Source: the human T2T-CHM13v2.0 reference genome, Homo sapiens
DNA: 64,000 bases
Strand: one strand, 5' to 3'
Assembly: GCF_009914755.1 (NCBI RefSeq)
Contig: NC_060945.1
In this document: positions 12,756-25,817 of the stretch, piece after piece
Numbering within the stretch: the first letter of the stretch is position 1
Layout: every line of letters begins with the position of its first letter
Translations under genes and position numbers: made by a program
The notes under the pieces: generated by a model
The model's database searches: none
What the model saw: only the letters and a program-made list of their open reading frames with translations
What the model was told of the DNA's origin: nothing

Positions 12756-13905
12756 GTGATGCTCTGTGCCATTCCACTGTCATGAGGGGATGACATACTA
12801 GTCAAGGGCATAAGATACCCTGCCAGGCAGTCTGCAAAGGACACATTAATAGCCACATAACTACTTTGCATCTTTTTAATTAGATAAGATTATTGTGTTG
12901 CTGGAAGAGGCTCTAGAATTTGTCAGGGACACTTAAGAGTAATTAACCCAGTGGAGAAGTGAATACAAAACACTTTGCTTTGAACTTGCATACAATTTTT
13001 ACTTAGAGTTTATGTTAATTTGAGGTTTCCTTTGGTGGCTGGAGTAATGCACATTAGAGGAGTTGGACCTTGAAGCCAAATTTACAGAGCAAGCACAGTA
13101 TTTATTTAGAACGTGTGTTTTAGCTGGGACAGACTGCAGTGAGCTATTGCTTCTATGCTGTCAGCCAGGCTAGCCCTGGGTGACGCCACTAATGGTGAGC
13201 AAACTTTTTTTCTCTTTTTTGCACCTCATAATCAGGAATTTATGTTGAATTATCTCAGTGCTCACATAATTCTAATTTCCATCTTAGCTCTTGTGCTACC
13301 AAATAATAAGCTATATGGCAATCTGTGCCATTAAAATGTCAAGGTGCTTTGTGAATCATCCCCAGAAGTTTGTTGATTGCCATTTCTTATATTTAAGCAA
13401 AAAGGAAACTGGGACATGGTGAAACTAAATGTTCCTGCTTTAAAGAACTAAAATTCATAGGCTTACAGCTGAATCCATTAAATTGCATTAATGCATTGTT
13501 GAAACATATGTAATTCTTCCAAAAAGAATTTTAAAAGAAGTAAATTTTTATAATTTATTTATAGACATGAAAGAATTAAAATTATTTTATAGAAATGATG
13601 CATCTGTATTACTCTCCCTTATATGAACAGCAGTTCTTATAAACCTAAATGGCTATGAATGGAACTTTATGAAGTCTAAAATATTTAAATGTTATTCAAC
13701 AAAGCAATAAAATTATGAATGTGCAAGGGAAATTATTTTTATTATGGGGATTTGTATGTTGGTAATGAATCTTATAGTTAGCAAATTCTCATTAGGATTT
13801 CTTTAAGTTAAACTGTCCTTTTATTTTTTTGCAGTTTAATTTCTTAAAGACTGAATGACTTACATTACATTTAAGGGAAAGGTTTGTGAGATGGCTGGTT
13901 ATTAC

Positions 13906-13972
13906 TGAACCGTAGCCTCAGAGTGCTTTCATCTGCTTTGTACATTTCTTTAAATTTTGGAGGTGGAGGCCC
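13906..13972 (-). pseudogene. Candidate exon F, GPPPPKFKEMYKADESTLRLRF
   Basis: Open protein-like frame after tattag; donor CA|gtaata; splice sites modest. Confidence 0.35.
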
Positions 13973-14242
13973 CTAATACTATCATTACTGAGACGTTAAT
14001 AGAAAGCTACCTAATCAGTGCCAAAAGTTAAAAGCAAACATTGGTGAACACATATCCATTAAAATATGTTTTATCTGCCTGTCATATTTTCTTAGTTGCA
14101 TTTCAGTAATAAGCTTCTTTACATAATAAAATGGCAGTTGTATCCTACAGAGTACTTGTGAAATTTGACTGCAATGTAAATCACTCTTGCAAAATGCCTT
14201 GAAGAAGGATTTGTTTCCCTTAGATTCTGAATGGGAATAGTA

Positions 14243-14416
14243 TTACATATCTGGTCCCTGTAAACATATCTCACACTTGAGGTTTATGATTCTTCCAAAT
14301 AGAACTTCAACAATGATTCTTCCAATGGAACTTGAGGTTTATGATTCTTCCAAATAGAACTTACATATCTGGTCCCTGTAAACATATCTCACACTTGAGG
14401 TTTATGATTCTTCCAA
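14243..14416. repeat. Complex local duplication: 56-bp exact direct repeat with a shuffled spacer
   Basis: 14243-14298 identical to 14361-14416. Confidence 0.9.
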
Positions 14417-14504
14417 GTAGTAATCATGAAGAAATTACCAATGTTATGCGATCATTTTACACAGTTTTAAAGCAAGATTTCTTAACCGTTTTTTTACAGT
14501 TTTA

Positions 14505-14690
14505 AAGCAAGATTTCTCATTATTGCCATTTTAAGCCAAGTGACTCGTTGTACGGGGCTATCCTGTGCACTGTAGGATATGTAGGAGCATCTCTGGCATC
14601 TATTTGCCTATTTTGACAACCAAAAATATCTCCATACATTGCCAAATGTTCACTTGACCCCATATTAACCCTGGTTGGGAAACAATATTT
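14505..14690. mobile_element. MER20 (hAT-Charlie)
   Basis: ggggctatcctgtgcactgtaggat...gacaaccaaaaatatctccatacattgccaaatgt. Confidence 0.8.
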
Positions 14691-16783
14691 GAGAGGAATT
14701 ATATCACAGAGGGAATAGAAAGGTAAGATAAACACAAGAAAAGTACTATCCACCAGACCCTTTCCTTTTATCTGAAAATGGCCACCATTTGATCACTTAG
14801 TGCTTTTAATAACCAGGTGCTTTTGCTACTTAGAGTTTGACTCATTCAACCTTAAATGTAATCCAATTCAGGGCAGAAAGTATATAATCATAACAAGGTT
14901 CCCAAATGCTCCCTTTTTAAATCAATTCAATCGCCAGAAATTTCCTCTCTGTTCACCAAATTAACAGCTACTCAAGGAGCTCCTGGTTCAGAAACAAGAA
15001 AGCAGAGACTCACTCTTTCTCCTCCTTTCCTTTAAATGTGACTAACAACCTGGAAATTGTTCAACAGATAATGATAAAAGGACTCTGAGATCTGGAAATA
15101 AGAAGACAAACTGACAGCAAACCTCCGTACTTTAGGAAGGATACTGCAGTAAGTTCCCTGGGTTTTATTTCAATCTCCTATACACCTCCAGACCAGGCAC
15201 TGAAGAGGCCCGCAACCAGGAACCACCAATGGGCATAGACAAAAGAATTCAAGAAAAGCCATTTTTTCTGTCCAAAAGAATTGGAGATGGGAAGTCCAGC
15301 AGACCCCTAGTAGGGAGCCCTAACTCCTACTCTGAGAATAAAGGGTGATTCTATCTGTTGGCAGCAGCAGCAGCAGCAGCAAAGCCCTGGACTATCCCAG
15401 CCTCTGCCCTACAATTAGGACACTGGTGGGCACTTTAATCTGCCCACGGTATTGGCAGTAGTTATGTGACTTTCTGGTCTCACTTGTGGATTAAGAAGAT
15501 CCAAGCCCAGCAACTACTGCTTCCCACACAAGATTGCCCAGAAAGAACAGACAGCCCCAGAAAGCACATTCTGTCCCCCTCAGCGCCATCAAGGATTGAG
15601 TGGGAAGAAAGACAATGCAAAAAGAATGAAGCAAACCAGAATGGCACTGCAAGGGCTCAGAAAACTGAACTCTCATGGGAACTAAATCCCACAGAACTAG
15701 GCACAAACCTACCCTCTAAACCTAAACAAGGCTGAATGCTTTCTAAAATAGAAAATTTACAAAAAATAGAGTCTTCTAGCATAATAAGTGTTCAGGACAA
15801 AATTAAAAATCATTTGTCATATCAAGAACTAGGAAAATCACAATTTGAATAAAAAGACAATCAGTTGACGCTAATACTAAAACAAACCAGATGCTGGAAT
15901 TGTCTGAAAAGGAATGTAAAGCAATTGTTATAAAAATGCTTCAAAAAGAAATTACAAATTTACAAATGTAATTTATTCAACAAGAAATTACATTTACAAA
16001 TGTTTTAATAATTAATTATGAATTACTATAATAAATTTATAAATTTTTATAATAAATTACAAAATACAGACAAATGAAAAATAGAATATTTCAGGAAATA
16101 AATAAATAAAAGTTATAAAAAGAACCAAATGCAGGTTACGGAACTGAGAAATATCATACCCTAAATCAAAACTTGCCAGATTAACTCAATAGTATAGGAT
16201 ATGATAGAAGACTGATAGAACTTGGAGAAAGAAAAATCTAATTTATTAAATCTGAGAAACAGAGATAAAATATATGGTAAAAATAAATAGAATATCTATT
16301 GGCAATGACAAAATATCTAATATTTTGTATCACTGAAATTTCAGGGAATGAGAAAAAGTGTGGAAATAAAGAGGTATTTGGAGAAATAAAGGCTAAAACT
16401 TTCTTCAAATTGGTAAGAAACATTAACCCACTGAATCAAGAAGCTGAGTGAACCCCAAAGAGTATAATTCAAGAAAATCCACCCCAAGACAAATCATAAC
16501 TAAACTTCTGAAAACTAAAAGCAAAAAATTTTTTAGAAACAGCCAAAGGAATGAAGTATATCTTACAAAGGAATACCACGATAAGTAACAACAGATTTCT
16601 CATCTAAAACCGGATGAGAAATTACTTCTGGATGCCAGAGAAGAAAATGGAGTATTTACAAGCACTGAAAGGAAATAACTGTCAACCCTAAATTCTATAT
16701 CAAGGGCAAATATCCTTCAGGAGTGAAAAGGAAATATATATAGTCTCAGGCAAAAGAAAACTAAGAATTTCTTGGTAGCTGAC

Positions 16784-17145
16784 TGATATGGTTTAGCTGT
16801 GTCTCCACCCAAATTTCATCTTGAATTGTAATCCCCATAATCCCCATGTGTTATGGGAGGGACCCAGTGGAAGGTAATGGAATGATGGGGGCGGTTTCCC
16901 CCATGCTTTTCTCATGATAATGAGTGAGTTCTCATGGGATCTGATTGTTTTATAAGCGTCTGGCATTTCCCCTGCTGGCACTCACTCTGTCCCACTGCCT
17001 TGTGAAGAGGTGCCTTCTGCCATGATTGTAAGCTTTCTGAAGCCTCCCCAGCCATGCAGAACTGTGAGTCAATTAAACCTCTTTCCTTTATCACTTATCC
17101 AGTCTTGGGTATTTCCTTATAACAATGTGAGAATGAACTAATACA
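16784..17145 (+). mobile_element. THE1 (THE1D-like) MaLR solo LTR
   Basis: tgatatggtttagctgtgtctccacccaaat...gaactaataca; TSD ctgac/cagac. Confidence 0.93.
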
Positions 17146-17154
17146 CAGACCTAC

Positions 17155-18206
17155 TGATAGTGGCAGAAGACCAACAAACTCCTAGGCAGACAGGGATGGG
17201 TCCCCAGTAAAATCTGACCTTCAAGAAGAGATAGCCTGAAGCCTGAAAACTGAGCTGCCATTTCTAGGTAGAGTCTAGGATTGGAGTGACAACTTCCTTG
17301 AGAACTTTTAGCCAATCGAATGGTGCTTTTTCCAGGCCCTGCCCATGGACCAATCAGCATGCACTCCCCCATTCTGAGCCCATAAAAATCCCTGGACTCA
17401 GCCACACAGACTGAAAGCTACCTGCTTTCGGGCTCCCTCTCACAGCGGAGAGCTACCCACTTTGGGTCCCCTCTTGTGCCCAGAGCTTTTCTGTCACTCA
17501 ATGAAATTCTTCTCTGCCTGGTTCACACTCTGGTGTCCATGTATTTCATTCTTCTTGGTCATGGTACAAGAACCTGGAACCTGCCACATGGCAGGTGCAA
17601 AAAGAACTATAATATAACTCCCCATTCACTAAGCTGTGGGCATCAGGACCAAATGAGCTGTGACATACTCCTGTTTGCCAAGCTGTGGGTGGTGGGAACA
17701 AGCGAGCTATGACATGCCTCTGTTCACCAAGCTGCAGGTGGCAGGAACAAGCAAGAATTGTAGCATTTCTTGGGGGCTTGGACCTCGGGAATCCCTAGGC
17801 GAGAGCCATAACACCCCTTGGGGCTACGTGGTTGCTGGCATCTCCAAGTTTTCAGGCATCACCACGATTCTCTCATCTAGACGCCAGTGCCCAACCCAGA
17901 GGTTGCTTGCAGCATGCCCACTCCAGCCATGGGTTGAGCACAGATCCTATGGTGAGCGCAGGATCTGGGCTGCGACACCAGTTGAGCCCAGTCTGCTGGG
18001 CCGAGTGGGCAGAGTGAGCCTGGTGGGCCCGAAATACGCCCCAGGCAGAGGTCATGGTGGCCCCAGAGATTTCCAGTTGAGGAAGCAGCACCAAAGGAAT
18101 TCTGTAACACTGTAACTCTTGCTCCTGATTGCTGAGCTACAAGAGTGAAAAAAGCTGCTTGGGTGCCATTCCCTCTCACAAGCCAAACTACACAAAAGCC
18201 GCAACA
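17155..18206 (+). mobile_element. ERV1 solo LTR (LTR1/LTR27/LTR28/MER52 group)
   Basis: TG...CA ends, CCAAT box (ggaccaatcagc), cccataaaaa TATA-like, GC-rich repeated U5 modules; L1 resumes at 18211. Confidence 0.75.
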
Positions 18207-21200
18207 TTTCCTTTAAAGAATGGCTGATGGAAGATCTCCAAATACAATGCAAGTGATAACAGAAGACTGAATGGAAATTTCAGAAAAGAAAGAAAAACAA
18301 TGCTATAGGTAAAAATAAAAGTAAATAGACTATCCTCCTCATGAATTTCTTTAGTCATATTTCATGGTTAAAATAAAAGTTATAACTTTTATCATAAAAT
18401 TTATAGACAAAAACTTTATGTGGTCCCCAATGTATGTAGAAGAAATAATTAAGAAAACTGCATATAAACGGTCAGTAGGATAAAGAGATTTAAATGCAAA
18501 TAAGGTTTTTACATTTCACTCAAAGTGGTAACATGTTGAAACAAATAGGCCATGATAATGATATGTGTATATGGTTATACATAGGAAAACACTGAGAAAG
18601 CTACATAAAGCAATATACTAAAAAACATAAATAAATCAAAGTGAAACACTAAAATATTGTTCAAGGAACCCACAGGAAGGAAAGAAAAGAAACAAAAGGG
18701 TGAGAAATGGAGGGAAGAAACAAAAAACGAATAATAACATAGCAAACATAAGCCCTAATATAACAAATAATTAATTACCTTAAATGTAAATGGTATAAAT
18801 ATACCAATTAAAACAGCAGAGATTGATAAGGTGGATAAAAACAACTGTATGTTGTCTACAAGAAAGTTAATTTAAAAATAACAAACATAAGCAGGTTGAA
18901 AGTAAAATGATAAAAATAGATGTATCATACAAACATTAATAGAGAAATCAAGAGTTACTATATAATACCAGATAAAGTAGGCCTCATAGTAAAGAAAAGT
19001 ACTGTGGACAAAATGTTGCACTATAGTGATTTAAAAAAATTTATTCATCAAGAAAATATAGCAATTGCAAATGCGTATTTACCAAGCCAGAGAGTTTCAA
19101 AATAAAGATAAATCTATAATTGTAATTGGAGACTTTAATACCCAACTCTTAGCAATTTTAAAACCACTAGAAAGAAAGTCAGCAAGGATATTGAAGAACT
19201 GGGGGCCAACATTAATCAACAAGTTGCGACTGACATTTATGGAACACTTCACACAGCAGCAAAAATATACACAATATTTTCAACTGCTTATATAACATTT
19301 ACCAAGATAGAGCATATTTTGAGTCTTAGGCAATAAAAAAGACTTGAAATGATACACAGTATGTTCTTTGAACATAGTGGAATCATGGTAGATTTCAACA
19401 CCTAAAAGACAATTTAAAAATCTTCAAATACTTGAAAACTAAATAACATACTTTTAAATAATCTGCAAGCCAATGAGGAAACCTCAAAAAATGTTTAAAA
19501 ATGCATAAAAAGGAATGAAAATCATATAACATATCAATATTTATGTAATACAGCTAAAACAGTACTGAAACAGAAATCTATGTTACTAAATGTTTACATT
19601 AAAAAAGAGGAAAAGTCTCACATCAATAAGAAACTAGAAAACAAGAGGAGCAAAATAAACCCGAAAGAAGCAGAAGGAAGAAAAAAATAAAGAGCAGAAA
19701 TTCATAAAGTTGAAAGGATAAAAACAACAAAATAAACTGAAACAAAAAGATGGAACTTTGAATAAATGAAGAAAATTGATAAACTTTTACTGTTATCGAT
19801 AAAACTAGCAGCAGATAAGACATATTTTGCCACTGTCGGAAATAAAATGGAATATCTCTACATATCCTGCAGCCCTCAAAGCTGCATAAGGCTGATAAGG
19901 GAATACTAGGAACAACTTTTCATTCATCAACTCAGCAACTTACATGAAATAAAAGAATGTTTTAAAAACAAAAATTACCAAACTCGACCAAGATGAAGAT
20001 AACCAGAATAGTCCCATACTGATTAAATAATTTGAATTTGTAATTTACAAGATCCTGGAAAAGAAATTCCAGGTGATTGCACTAGAGAATTTTACCAAAG
20101 AAGAATGGACACCAAATTTACACAATTTCTTCCAGAAAATGGAAGAAGAGGGGATACTCTCTAACTCATTCTAGGAAGACAGTGTCACCCCGATACCAAA
20201 ACTAGACAAACATTACATGCAAAAGAGAGAAATGCATACAGGAACTTAGATGCAAAAATCATCAACAACATTTTAGTAAATTGAACCTGACAATATATAA
20301 GATCAATGATATACTATGACCAGAATTTATTCCAGTTATTCAAGTCTTGCCCATTACTTGAAAATCAATCAATATAACCCACCGTATCAACAGGCTAAAT
20401 TAGAAAATCCATATGATCATATCAATTAACACCCGAGAAGCATTTGACAAATGCAACACTGATTTATGCTAAAAACTCTCAGAGCAGCAGGAATAGGAGG
20501 GAACTTTCTCAGCCTCATAAGGAATGTCTACAAGTTATCAATTCTTAAAATCATATATAGGTATAACACAGTTCCTGCCAAAATTTCAGCAAGGATTTTT
20601 GTAGACATAAACAAGATTATTATAAAATGGGTACAGAAAGGGAAATGACCTAAAATAGCCAAAATATTGTTTTTTGTAAAAAAAAAGAATAAAGTAGAAG
20701 AAATCACACTTCCTAATAGTAAGGCTTACTATACAGCTACAGTAACAAAAACAATGTGATACCAGTGGAAGTACAGACTCATAGATCAGTGAAACAGAAT
20801 AGAGAACCCAGAAATAGAGCCACAAAAATATGTCCAATTAATTTTTGACAAAGGAGCAGAAGAAATTCAATGAAACAGTGATAGCCTTTTTAGTAAATGG
20901 TGTAAAAGCACTGGACATCTATAGGCAAAATCATGAACCTTAACCTATGCTTCGTATGTCATAAAAAACTAACTCAAAATGTCTCATGGGTTTAAAGATA
21001 ACACATAAAACTATAAAACTTCTAGGAACAGAAATAGGATAAAATCTTTGCAACCTAGAATTGGCAATGAATTCTTAAACTTAGCACAAAAAGTAAGATT
21101 CATAAAAATAAAAAAATCAACTGGACTTCAACAAAATTAAAATCTTTTGTTCTCAGAAAGACTCTTTAAGGAGAACGGAAAACACATTACAGGTTGGGAT

Positions 21201-22659
21201 AAAACATTTGCAAATCATGTGTCTAACAAAGGACTTGTATCTAGAATATACAGTTAGCTCTCAAAACTCAACATTCAACAATTAGAACATAGGCAAAAGA
21301 CTTGAAAATACATTTCACTGAAGAGAATGTACAGATGACAAGCATACGAAAAAATATTCAAGAACATTAGTCATTAAGAAGGTGCAAATGAAAAGCAATG
21401 TGATATCACCACACATCTATCAAAATGGCTAAAGTTAACAACAAAAAAGTGACACACCAAATTTTGGTAATTATGCAGAGAAAGTGTGTCTCTTATACGT
21501 TGGTAGTAGAATGTAAAATGTACAGCCACTCTGGAAAATAGTTTGGCAGTTGCTTTTAAAACAAAAATGAACTTACATGATCCAGAAGTTGTACTCCTGG
21601 GCATATATCCAAGTGAAATGACAACTTATCTTCATAAAGAAACTTGTATAATAGTGTTCACAGCAGCTTTATTCATGGTAGCCACACACTAAAGACAATT
21701 CAAACATCTGTCAATGGGTGAATGGTTACGTAAGTTATAGGATATTGCATCATGTAATATTATTCAGCCATGTACAAGGAGAAAACTATTGACATAAACA
21801 ACTTGGCTAAGCCTTGAGGAAATTTGTGGAGTTAAAAGAAGCCAATCTCAGAAGGATACAGACTACATAATTCCATTTATGCAACATTTGTGAAGTAAGA
21901 TAATTATAGTGATGGAGAGATTAGTGTTTGTTGGGAGTTGGAGATGGGAGGTGAGAAAGTGAATGAATCTATAGAGAGGTGACGTAAGAGAATTTGGTGT
22001 TTCAGATGCAGATAAATATCTTGATTGGGGCATTGGTTACATGAAGCGAAACATCAGAAAATTGCATAGAGCTTGGCACACACATACATACATGCACAAC
22101 TGAGTGTATATATAAACTTGTGAAATATGAATTCACTCTATGGCTTGTACCAATGTCTATTTCCTCATTTCAGTATTGTACTATAGTTATTTAAGATGTT
22201 AGCACTGGAAAAGACTGAGTGAGAGCACACAGGACCTCCATGTACATTTATTTGCAACTTTTTATGTATTTATAATTATTTCAAAAATTTTTAAAAAAAG
22301 GATAAGTAACCATAGAGGCAAAGTAAATGATCAGTAATTTGGGCATATGTAGGTGAGCAGCAGCCAATTCTACTGCTGGTTGCCGTATTGCAAGATGGTA
22401 GATTGAATAACACCTCTTTCTCTTCCTGGTCACATGAGTGTCACCCTCATTGTCTGCTCTTGAGAAATTCCTTCCCTTCACCCTCAATTACTTTCAAGTT
22501 TGCTATATTGGGATGATTTTTGATACGGTAACCTAGGTATGTTCATTCTAAGTAACATTCTCTCTACTTTCTAGACCTTTTCTTCTTCCTGCTAACTAGG
22601 GCACTGCAATATTGAGGTGTTACACCAAAAGTTCATCTCTGAACTAAGAACAACAACAA

Positions 22660-22938
22660 ATAAATTGCTTTAATAAGAGAAATTCCAAACACAATAGCTT
22701 AAATAAAATTTTTTTTTTTCTGTTGTGATAGTTTGGCAGGCCAGGTCAGGAGGAGCAGCTCAGCTAAATGAAGAACCAGGGACCCAATTTCCTTCAGTCT
22801 TGTTCCTCCACCTGTTCCTTGAGTGCGGTTCTTTGTATGATTGTAGCTGAATTACTGCTCTGTGTTCCAGTCCCCAGAAATAAAGGGAAGGATTTTCCTT
22901 CTAAGTAAGTAATACATGGGTGGCATACATCACTTCCA
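22660..22938 (-). mobile_element. Old MLT1 (K/L-like) LTR fragment
   Basis: aacacaatagcttaaataaaa...cagggacccaatttccttc...catacatcacttcc. Confidence 0.55.
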
Positions 22939-22939
22939 T

Positions 22940-23512
22940 GCATATAATGGAATATTATTCAGCCTTTAAAAAGAAGGACCCGGAAGTTCAAGGCTGCAGT
23001 GAGCTGTGATTGTGTCACTGAACTCCAGCCTGGGTGACAAAGCCAGACACTATCTCAAAAAAAAAGGAAGAAGAGGGAAATCATGCCATCTGCAACAACA
23101 TGGATGAACCTGGAAGAAATTATGCTTGTATGTGGATTCGAAAAAAGTTAAATTTCTAGAAACTGGAGAGTTGAATGGTGGTTTCCAGAACCTGGGAGAT
23201 GCTGTAGGGGAGGGGATGCTGGGTGGATGTATGGAAATAATGGGGAAGTAAAGTCTGAAACCTGACATACAGCACTGTGACTATAGTTAACAATATTGTG
23301 TTGTATCACTTGTAATTTGCTAACAGCAAAGATCTTAAGTGTTTGAACTATACAAACACACCCGCAAAGACAGTAACTATGTGAAGTGGTGGATATATTA
23401 ATCACCTTGAGTGTGGTGATTATTTCACAATTATACATACATCAAATCAAGTCGTATACTTTAAATATATACCTTAACTGTCAATTATACTGCAATAAAG
23501 CTGGAAAAAAAT
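22940..23512 (+). mobile_element. L1MA/MB 3' end containing an Alu fragment
   Basis: tataatggaatattattcagcctttaaaaagaagg...caacaacatggatgaacctgga...aataaagctggaaaaaa. Confidence 0.85.
22978..23065 (+). mobile_element. AluJ/FLAM 3' fragment
   Basis: gttcaaggctgcagtgagctgtgattgtgtcactgaactccagcctgggtgac plus A tail. Confidence 0.88.
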
Positions 23513-23599
23513 TATATTTTAGCAGAAAAACTAGATCCTAGGTGTCTACATTCTGTGTGTTTGGTAACTTATTATAAGAACTTCTGAAGGCCATTGAAA

Positions 23600-23780
23600 A
23601 GGGGATGGGATTACTTACTTAGAAGGAAATCCATTCAGGGTAAGTGAGACTGCCTCTGAGCATTTCGGAGAGGAGGCAGGCCAAGAAGTAGACAAAAGAG
23701 CATTGAGGAGGGTGGAAGAAGCCCCGCTCTTGGCCCCACCCCCGCTTTTCGTAGGAGTAAAGACGCGGGGCTAAAGGCTC
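23600..23780. promoter_or_regulatory. Locally GC/CpG-enriched patch with KLF/SP box and a strong + strand splice donor
   Basis: CAGG|gtaagt at 23639/23640; gccccacccccgc; several CpGs in otherwise CpG-poor DNA. Confidence 0.3.
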
Positions 23781-24932
23781 CAAGGAAAGGCAGGGAACAG
23801 GTAGTGTGGCAAGGGGAACTGTAGGCAGTGAAAGCAGGGAGAGAAGAAGCATCTCTGTATCTCCACACTGGGCCTTTCCTCCACAGCATTCACATGAAGG
23901 AATGCAAAACATTGAAGCATCTGTAAGTTTGATACCCTCACAATATGGCTAAATGCCAATTCTTGGCACAGTTGGGCAATAACCTAGGAATTAAAAGGAG
24001 AGATAATAAAAGGGCAATACCCACTCAGTTGGGGTTAGTGAGTGCTATATTTCTCCAGTCTGCAATTGAGACACCTCACTACCTAGACAAGAAAAAGACA
24101 CTGCAGAGATTTATTCCTATTCTCCACCCACTTCCTTTCTACATTGGGACTCGCCCCCTCCTATATTTCATTTCTGTTTTAACTCAATAGATACGCATCA
24201 GTTTTTAAACTTTTTTACTTTTCACTGAGTTCACACATATGGAAAATATTTCAAGGTAAAAGATATGTTTTAAGTTAATTTTTAAAAATACCTATTATTA
24301 TAATAGAAGCCAATTTCTTGTCTTTGCATAAGTTATTGTCCCAGACAGTAGAGCTTGAGGGAGCTCAGAAAGATTTTTTAATAAGTAGCAAAAGTAGAAA
24401 GAAAATAAAATGGCCAGAAACCCTGGTATGTTTGCTGTAAGCCTACCTTGCAGCTTGCGCTTGCTAGCTACATTGCAAGCTCACCTAGACCACATTATGA
24501 TCACAATGTCACCATTGATGCTAACGTTCAATTCTTCTTTACAAACTTTACATGATCAAAACCACATGGGCAAAGAAGATGATGGAAGAAATTAAGTTAA
24601 AAAATTAGAAGCCACTTTTTTAAGTCACATGAAAGATAGCAGATTGGCAGAAAGCATTTGATGTTTCAGCCCCTGTAGACCTTTGTTTGAATCAATGCCA
24701 AAATAAAGACAGCACTTAGAGGATTTCAAGTTTTGTCAACTCTCTAGGAAACATAGCAAACTGCTTACTCTGCACGTAAGTTAGGAATGGAAATAAAATT
24801 ATTTAAAAAGTGTTAAGGGAAACCGTTGTATTCTGGGGTAGAATACACAATTTCAAGTTTAATTGGGAGGTCAAGGAGAAGGAAAGAAACAAACTCAAAA
24901 TATACACGTGCAGAGTGCGTTGGTTATCTTAC

Positions 24933-24977
24933 AAATACCATCAATTCATCTCAGTCTTTTATTATAAAACATGTTGA
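24933..24977 (-). pseudogene. Candidate exon E, (V)NMFYNKRLR*IDGI
   Basis: Acceptor ctttctcattaatttag, donor TT|gtaaga, 45 nt phase-symmetric, one TGA. Confidence 0.35.
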
Positions 24978-25696
24978 CTAAATTAATGAGAAAGATTGAG
25001 CAGTTTCTTCAAACTTCCGTGAAAGACCAAAGCATGAAAAACATACAAAGCTGAAATTCTTGTGATGTGTTGTAAAGATTTTTTCATTACTCACAAAGTA
25101 GTATGTGTAACAAGATGTCAGAGGAACCAGTTGAAGTAAATAGAAATTCAATTAAGGAAGAAAAGAATGAAAGGTTTTTAGAGAAGCAGAAAAACAAGAC
25201 TGCACATAGAAGTGTGCAGTGAAGCCTCCCTTCTCATTAAGGCAATTGGTTTACTGTCCCTGTTGTGCTTTATACTCATGCCCTCCTCAGAATACCTTGT
25301 TCACATCGTGAGTCACTGTGCACTAGCTCTGTCCATTTCTGCTTTAATCCTGTGGGTTCTTTCATTTTAAAATGACTAGTGATGCCTGGCATATTCTATC
25401 CTGACTTGTTCAAGATATCCCTGAAGAGCTCCCCTCACTAGCCACATAGCAGCATAAACTAGGGTTGTATATTCACTTATTGCTAAGATTTTAGAGGAAT
25501 TGTAATGAATTCAAGGGTAAGGCATTGCCCAATTAATTAAAGGTAATGAAAGTGAATGCAAAACACGAGAGTCGATCATCCTCATTTTACTCTTCCCCCT
25601 GGTTTCTCCTTTGAGTAGGAAAATTGGTCAGGGTACCATGACTACATCGATGCTGTTTTGTGAGTGGGAATCAGAGTATTTCTCCTCTCCTCTCAC

Positions 25697-25817
25697 CATA
25701 GTTCCTTTCTTCATACATTAGTTTGAAGGCAGCATATTCCTGTAATAATCTGTTCCAGAAACAAGAATTAGGTATTAGGAGGAAAAAAGTGACTGCAACA
25801 GAATAGGAGGCATCACT
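25697..25817 (-). pseudogene. Candidate exon D, ...RLLQEYAAFKLMYEERNY (alternative acceptors 25817 or 25749)
   Basis: Acceptors atcttttcttttcag and ttcttgtttctggaacag; donor ATG|gtgaga; open frame (ORF 25671..25898). Confidence 0.5.

Larger units (their letters stand above)
14985..22292 (+). mobile_element. Long degenerate L1MD/L1MC element (5'UTR, ORF1, ORF2 with internal deletion near 20535, 3' end) carrying two nested LTRs
   Basis: Endonuclease motif IIVIGDFNT in ORF 19065..19295; RT-region text (atatgatcatatcaattaac, gaagcatttgacaa); L1MD-type tail. Confidence 0.88.

Noticed and set aside
14243-14416. Repeat-spacer look resembling a CRISPR array
   Set aside because: Eukaryotic DNA, irregular units, spacers derived from the repeat itself, no cas genes
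15361-15381. (GCA)7 triplet repeat
   Set aside because: Short and inside an L1 5' region, not coding polyQ
17660-18252. Overlapping ORFs up to 151 aa
   Set aside because: Lie in a GC-rich LTR where stop codons are scarce
24769-24832. Minus-strand segment with good acceptor and gtaagc donor
   Set aside because: Stops in all three frames; cannot be placed in the chain
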